From Bacteroidales bacterium (lineage in GTDB: Bacteria > Bacteroidota > Bacteroidia > Bacteroidales > B18-G4), in the NCBI GenBank assembly GCA_030606625.1, contig JAUWGC010000003.1, positions 1 through 43,173 of the forward strand: a DNA stretch of 43,173 bases, given 5' to 3'. Of this stretch, positions 39,849 through 43,173 are shown piece by piece. The position numbers and the translations under genes are program-made. Position 1 is the stretch's first letter. Every line of letters starts with the position of its first letter. Below the pieces are notes generated by a model. The model was given only the letters and a program-made list of their open reading frames with translations. It was not told the DNA's origin and searched no databases.

Positions 39849-41006
39849 ATGGCGAAGATCCTTGTAATAGATGATGAACAGAGCATTCGCAATACGTTGC
39901 GGGAGATCCTTGAATATGAAAAGTTTGATGTTGATGATGCCAGGGACGGTTTGGAAGCTCTTGAACTGGTTGATCAGAAGGAGTATGATGTGATCTTGTG
40001 TGATATTAAGATGCCCAAAATGGATGGGATTGAGGTGCTGGATCATATCCTTAAGAAGACGGAAACCCCTGTGATCATGATCTCAGGGCATGGAACCATT
40101 GAAACAGCAGTTGAGGCTATCAAGATGGGTGCTTATGATTATATTGCCAAGCCCCTGGATCTGAACCGCCTGCTGATCACCATCCGCAATGCCATGGACA
40201 AATCCACGCTGATCACAGAGACCAGGACATTAAAGCGTAAGGTCAGCGGGACCTATGATATGATCGGTGAATCTCCGGCCATGAAACATATCAGGGAGAT
40301 GATCGACAAGGTTGCTCCGACCAATGCCAGGGTATTGATAACCGGGGATAACGGAACAGGTAAAGAGCTGGTGGCAAGATGGTTGCATGAAAAAAGCCAA
40401 AGGGCCACAGCACCGTTTGTTGAGGTTAATTGTGCTGCAATTCCTTCTGAATTGATCGAGAGCAAGCTGTTCGGCCATGAAAAAGGATCGTTTACATCTG
40501 CCATCAAACAGCGGAAAGGTGACTTCGAACAGGCCAACAAAGGAACTTTATTTCTTGATGAGATAGGAGATATGAGCCTTTCGGCCCAGGCCAAGGTATT
40601 ACGTTCCCTCCAGGAGAACAAGATCATGAGGGTGGGAGGGGAGAAAGAGATACCTGTGGATGTCAGGATCATTACTGCTACTAATAAAGATATTAAGGAA
40701 GAGATCAAAAAGAACAAGTTCCGTGAAGACCTTTATCACCGTTTGAGTGTCATTATCATTCATGTACCTACATTGAATGAAAGGTCAGAAGACATACCTT
40801 TACTTGCAGATCATTTTATCCGGCAGATCTGCGAGGAGCAGGGAAAACCGGTTATGACCTTTACGGATGAAGCTATCAGTGAATTAAAAAAAATAACCTG
40901 GACAGGCAATATTCGTGAGTTGAGGAATGTAGTAGAAAGGCTTACCATTCTTTCCGATGACCCGATAACCGGTGAAAATGTAAAAACGTTTGTTGCTTCT
41001 GTGTGA
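39849..41006 (+). CDS. Response regulator with a sigma-54-activator-type AAA+ domain (NtrX/NtrC-like)
   Basis: REC domain (IDDE, DIKMP, AKP); GDNGTGKE, GTLFLDEIG, FREDLYHRL, WTGNIREL. Confidence 0.9.
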   Translation: MAKILVIDDEQSIRNTLREILEYEKFDVDDARDGLEALELVDQKEYDVILCDIKMPKMDGIEVLDHILKKTETPVIMISGHGTIETAVEAIKMGAYDYIAKPLDLNRLLITIRNAMDKSTLITETRTLKRKVSGTYDMIGESPAMKHIREMIDKVAPTNARVLITGDNGTGKELVARWLHEKSQRATAPFVEVNCAAIPSELIESKLFGHEKGSFTSAIKQRKGDFEQANKGTLFLDEIGDMSLSAQAKVLRSLQENKIMRVGGEKEIPVDVRIITATNKDIKEEIKKNKFREDLYHRLSVIIIHVPTLNERSEDIPLLADHFIRQICEEQGKPVMTFTDEAISELKKITWTGNIRELRNVVERLTILSDDPITGENVKTFVASV

Positions 41007-41055
41007 TGAGTAATAGCTATATTAACTGTCACTTTCATATTCCACTAAAATTTCG

Positions 41056-41063
41056 TATCTTTG
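41056..41063 (+). promoter_or_regulatory. -7 promoter element for ssrA
   Basis: TATCTTTG(CAC). Confidence 0.7.
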
Positions 41064-41110
41064 CACTTTATTTGGCATATTCTTTGATTATCCATACTTA
41101 CACTCACTTA

Positions 41111-41509
41111 GGGGCTGTTTGGTTTTGACAGCAAGGTGAATGGACTTGTAAGCATGCCGGGCATTCCAGATACGCCCGTAAATCCTATCTGAACTAATAA
41201 TAATTAGCGAAAACAACTTCGCTCTCGCTGCCTGATCAAAGATTAGTAGATCAAGGCTTAATCCCGACACCAGGTGTTGGGACGGGACATTCTGCCGGTG
41301 GATATGTCTGATTCCGGCTGGGTAACAGGGTGTAGTTTAATTTCGGACTGGTCATGGAACCGCCTCGATTCCGTGATGAGATAAAAGAGGCTAAGGCAGG
41401 GTTCTGGGTGTCTGTTCCCGTGCTCTGCTCGAAAACCAATAACAGGATAAGCATGTAGAAGACAACTTTGTTCCTTGTTTGGACCGGGGTTCGAATCCCC
41501 GCAGCTCCA
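41111..41509 (+). ncRNA. ssrA: tmRNA (transfer-messenger RNA); CCA end not encoded
   Basis: 5' GGGGCTG...GGTTTTGAC pairs with 3' CAGCTCCA (G3:U alanine identity); T-arm CGGGGTTCGAATCCCCG; tag frame 41206-41235 reads SENNFALAA*. Confidence 0.95.
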
Positions 41510-41523
41510 CAACCTCAAAACAT

Positions 41524-41548
41524 ACCCCCGCGAATACGGGGGTTTTTT
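41524..41548 (+). terminator. Rho-independent terminator after ssrA
   Basis: ACCCCCG-CGAATA-CGGGGGT followed by TTTTT. Confidence 0.85.
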
Positions 41549-42012
41549 GTGCTTGTCACCCATGTTTCCATGGGCTTGGATTTGCAGTCATAAGTAAAAA
41601 ATCTTTTGCAAAAATCAATTTTTATAAATTAAATATTTGCAGGATTTACTAAATCTCAAGACCCGGCATAAATAATTTGCATAAAATATAGGCATAGAAA
41701 AGTTAGATCTTAATTTATATATAGAATTCACAAATTATTAATTTGGCTTTGCTATTTCCCGTTTTGCCGGCTATTAAAATGAATCTAATTTTGACTCAAA
41801 ATAAAACATTATACATCAACGAATTAAATTAGAAAACAACTTGCTTTCAGCAATGATATTTAATATATTTATATACTTAAATTATTTAGTAAATAAATTA
41901 TTAATCATTTAACCCGATTAATTCATAAATTAATCAAAAAGATAAAAGGCTAAAGACAAAAGTTCATCTGCCGGAAAACCGGCTACACAGAATAAACTAA
42001 CAATGTTGTTTG

Positions 42013-43014
42013 ATGAAAGAAAAAGAAATAATCAATAGTTTTCTGAGTCAACTGCCGAGAAGTTGTCAGCATATAAATGACTTTTTTGAATCGGACGCTG
42101 AGATTATAGATTTTGGTTCAAAGAAAATGTTATTCACTACAGATGAGTTTTCAGGTGAAGATATGTTCAGAGATGATGATCCCCATGTACTTGGCTGGAA
42201 TATGGCCGTTTGTACTATCAGTGATATTCTTGCCAGCGGTGGAACCCCTAAATTTTACGCACATAGTGTTCAGGTAGCAACTAATAAATGGAACGATGAA
42301 TATATAAAACTGTTTTCTAAAGGTATAGCAGATGTTCTTAATCTTTCAGGAGCAGCTTTTATCGGGGGAGACCTGGGAATGTCAAAGGTTTGGCATTACA
42401 CGGGGATCTGCCTGGGTGAGGCAGATAATTCACTTACAAGAAAAGGTGCTGAATACGGAGATTTAATTTATATAACCGGAAAAACAGGAGCCGGTAATCT
42501 GGAAGCTGCTTTAATGCTATACTCTGATAAAAAATTCATTAGTAAGATAATCAAGAGGTATAAGACTTATTTTAAATTAAGATTCGATGAATCTCTGGTA
42601 ATAAGAGAATTTGCCAACTGTTGTATAGATACCAGCGATGGTGTGTTAAATGCTTTAAATACCATTGCGGAAATCAATAATGTAGGATACGAAGTAAAGA
42701 ATCTGCCTTACCTGAACGAAGGTGTGATTGCCTGTAAACTTCTATCTAAACCCAAAACTTTACTGTTTATGGGTGAATGCGGGGAATATGAACTCCTGTT
42801 CACTATCAGAAAAGAAGATGAGGAGAAATTTTTAAACCAAACAAGGGCAAGGAAAATTCAGGTTAACAGGATTGGAGAAATTACCGGGGATTCAAGGAAA
42901 GTTTTATTCGAAGGTAAAGAGGAGATACGCTTTGACGATTTTGATATTTCCGCAAGAGATTTCGAAGATGTCAGGGACTATCTTAATGAATTAACTAAAT
43001 ATTTATCGCCATGA
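42013..43014 (+). CDS. Divergent thiamine-monophosphate-kinase-like protein (ThiL/PurM superfamily)
   Basis: TTD, SDILASGG, IGGD, CCIDTSDG, GEYELLFT. Confidence 0.75.
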   Translation: MKEKEIINSFLSQLPRSCQHINDFFESDAEIIDFGSKKMLFTTDEFSGEDMFRDDDPHVLGWNMAVCTISDILASGGTPKFYAHSVQVATNKWNDEYIKLFSKGIADVLNLSGAAFIGGDLGMSKVWHYTGICLGEADNSLTRKGAEYGDLIYITGKTGAGNLEAALMLYSDKKFISKIIKRYKTYFKLRFDESLVIREFANCCIDTSDGVLNALNTIAEINNVGYEVKNLPYLNEGVIACKLLSKPKTLLFMGECGEYELLFTIRKEDEEKFLNQTRARKIQVNRIGEITGDSRKVLFEGKEEIRFDDFDISARDFEDVRDYLNELTKYLSP

Positions 43015-43173
43015 AAACGGATTCGAAAAAAAGGGTAGTCATTACCGGTATCGGACCAGTCACATCTGTTGGAATTGGTAAAGATGAATTCTGGAATAGC
43101 TTGCTAAGTAAAAAGATGAATGTTTGTAAAATACCTGAAAGGTTTGAAAAGAGCTACAGTTTCAAATCTAAAT
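43011..43173 (+). CDS. Beta-ketoacyl synthase (FabF/KS-like), N-terminal fragment cut off by the window end
   Basis: Not in the ORF track; ATGA overlap with the upstream gene; translates MKTDSKKRVVITGIGPVTSVGIGKDEFWNSL... Confidence 0.8.
   Translation, partial: MKTDSKKRVVITGIGPVTSVGIGKDEFWNSLLSKKMNVCKIPERFEKSYSFKSK

Noticed and set aside
41088-41563. Short minus-strand ORFs
   Set aside because: They are antisense to tmRNA and its terminator.
41480-43173. Integrative element at ssrA
   Set aside because: I found no integrase and no duplicated ssrA 3' end within the window; kept only as a hypothesis.

Overview
AT-rich chromosomal window from a Bacteroidota bacterium, probably Bacteroidales-like. 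Supporting signs are TAnnTTTG -7 promoters, the short Bacteroidota-type primary sigma factor, a T9SS C-terminal sorting domain and a FISUMP lipoprotein. Most of the window is housekeeping: galM with a sodium:sugar symporter, pepD, an Ldh_2 oxidoreductase, rpe, rpoD, pnp, rpsO, a TetR-LolA-like-ABC-OMP operon, mscS, a C1B peptidase, lpdA, rfbC, uvrA, a LOG protein, an aspartyl protease, an FG-GAP T9SS protein, a sigma-54-type regulator and tmRNA. The most notable accessory features are: (1) a FISUMP lipoprotein whose last ~63 codons look like the variable region of a diversity-generating retroelement, with no RT or template region in the window; (2) an orphan curlin-like gene with 16 near-identical 66-bp repeats and a Trp ladder; (3) a 103-bp TGT...ACA MITE with a 6-bp target duplication and an internal 9-mer array; (4) about ten intergenic 7-mer arrays; (5) an intact hicB next to a decayed hicA; (6) a cluster of glutaminase-less GuaA-B, DUF4954 and a GlmS-like SIS protein; and (7) a divergent ThiL-like kinase translationally coupled to a ketosynthase just downstream of tmRNA, truncated by the window end. 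All calls come from reading motifs by eye; no database searches were run.
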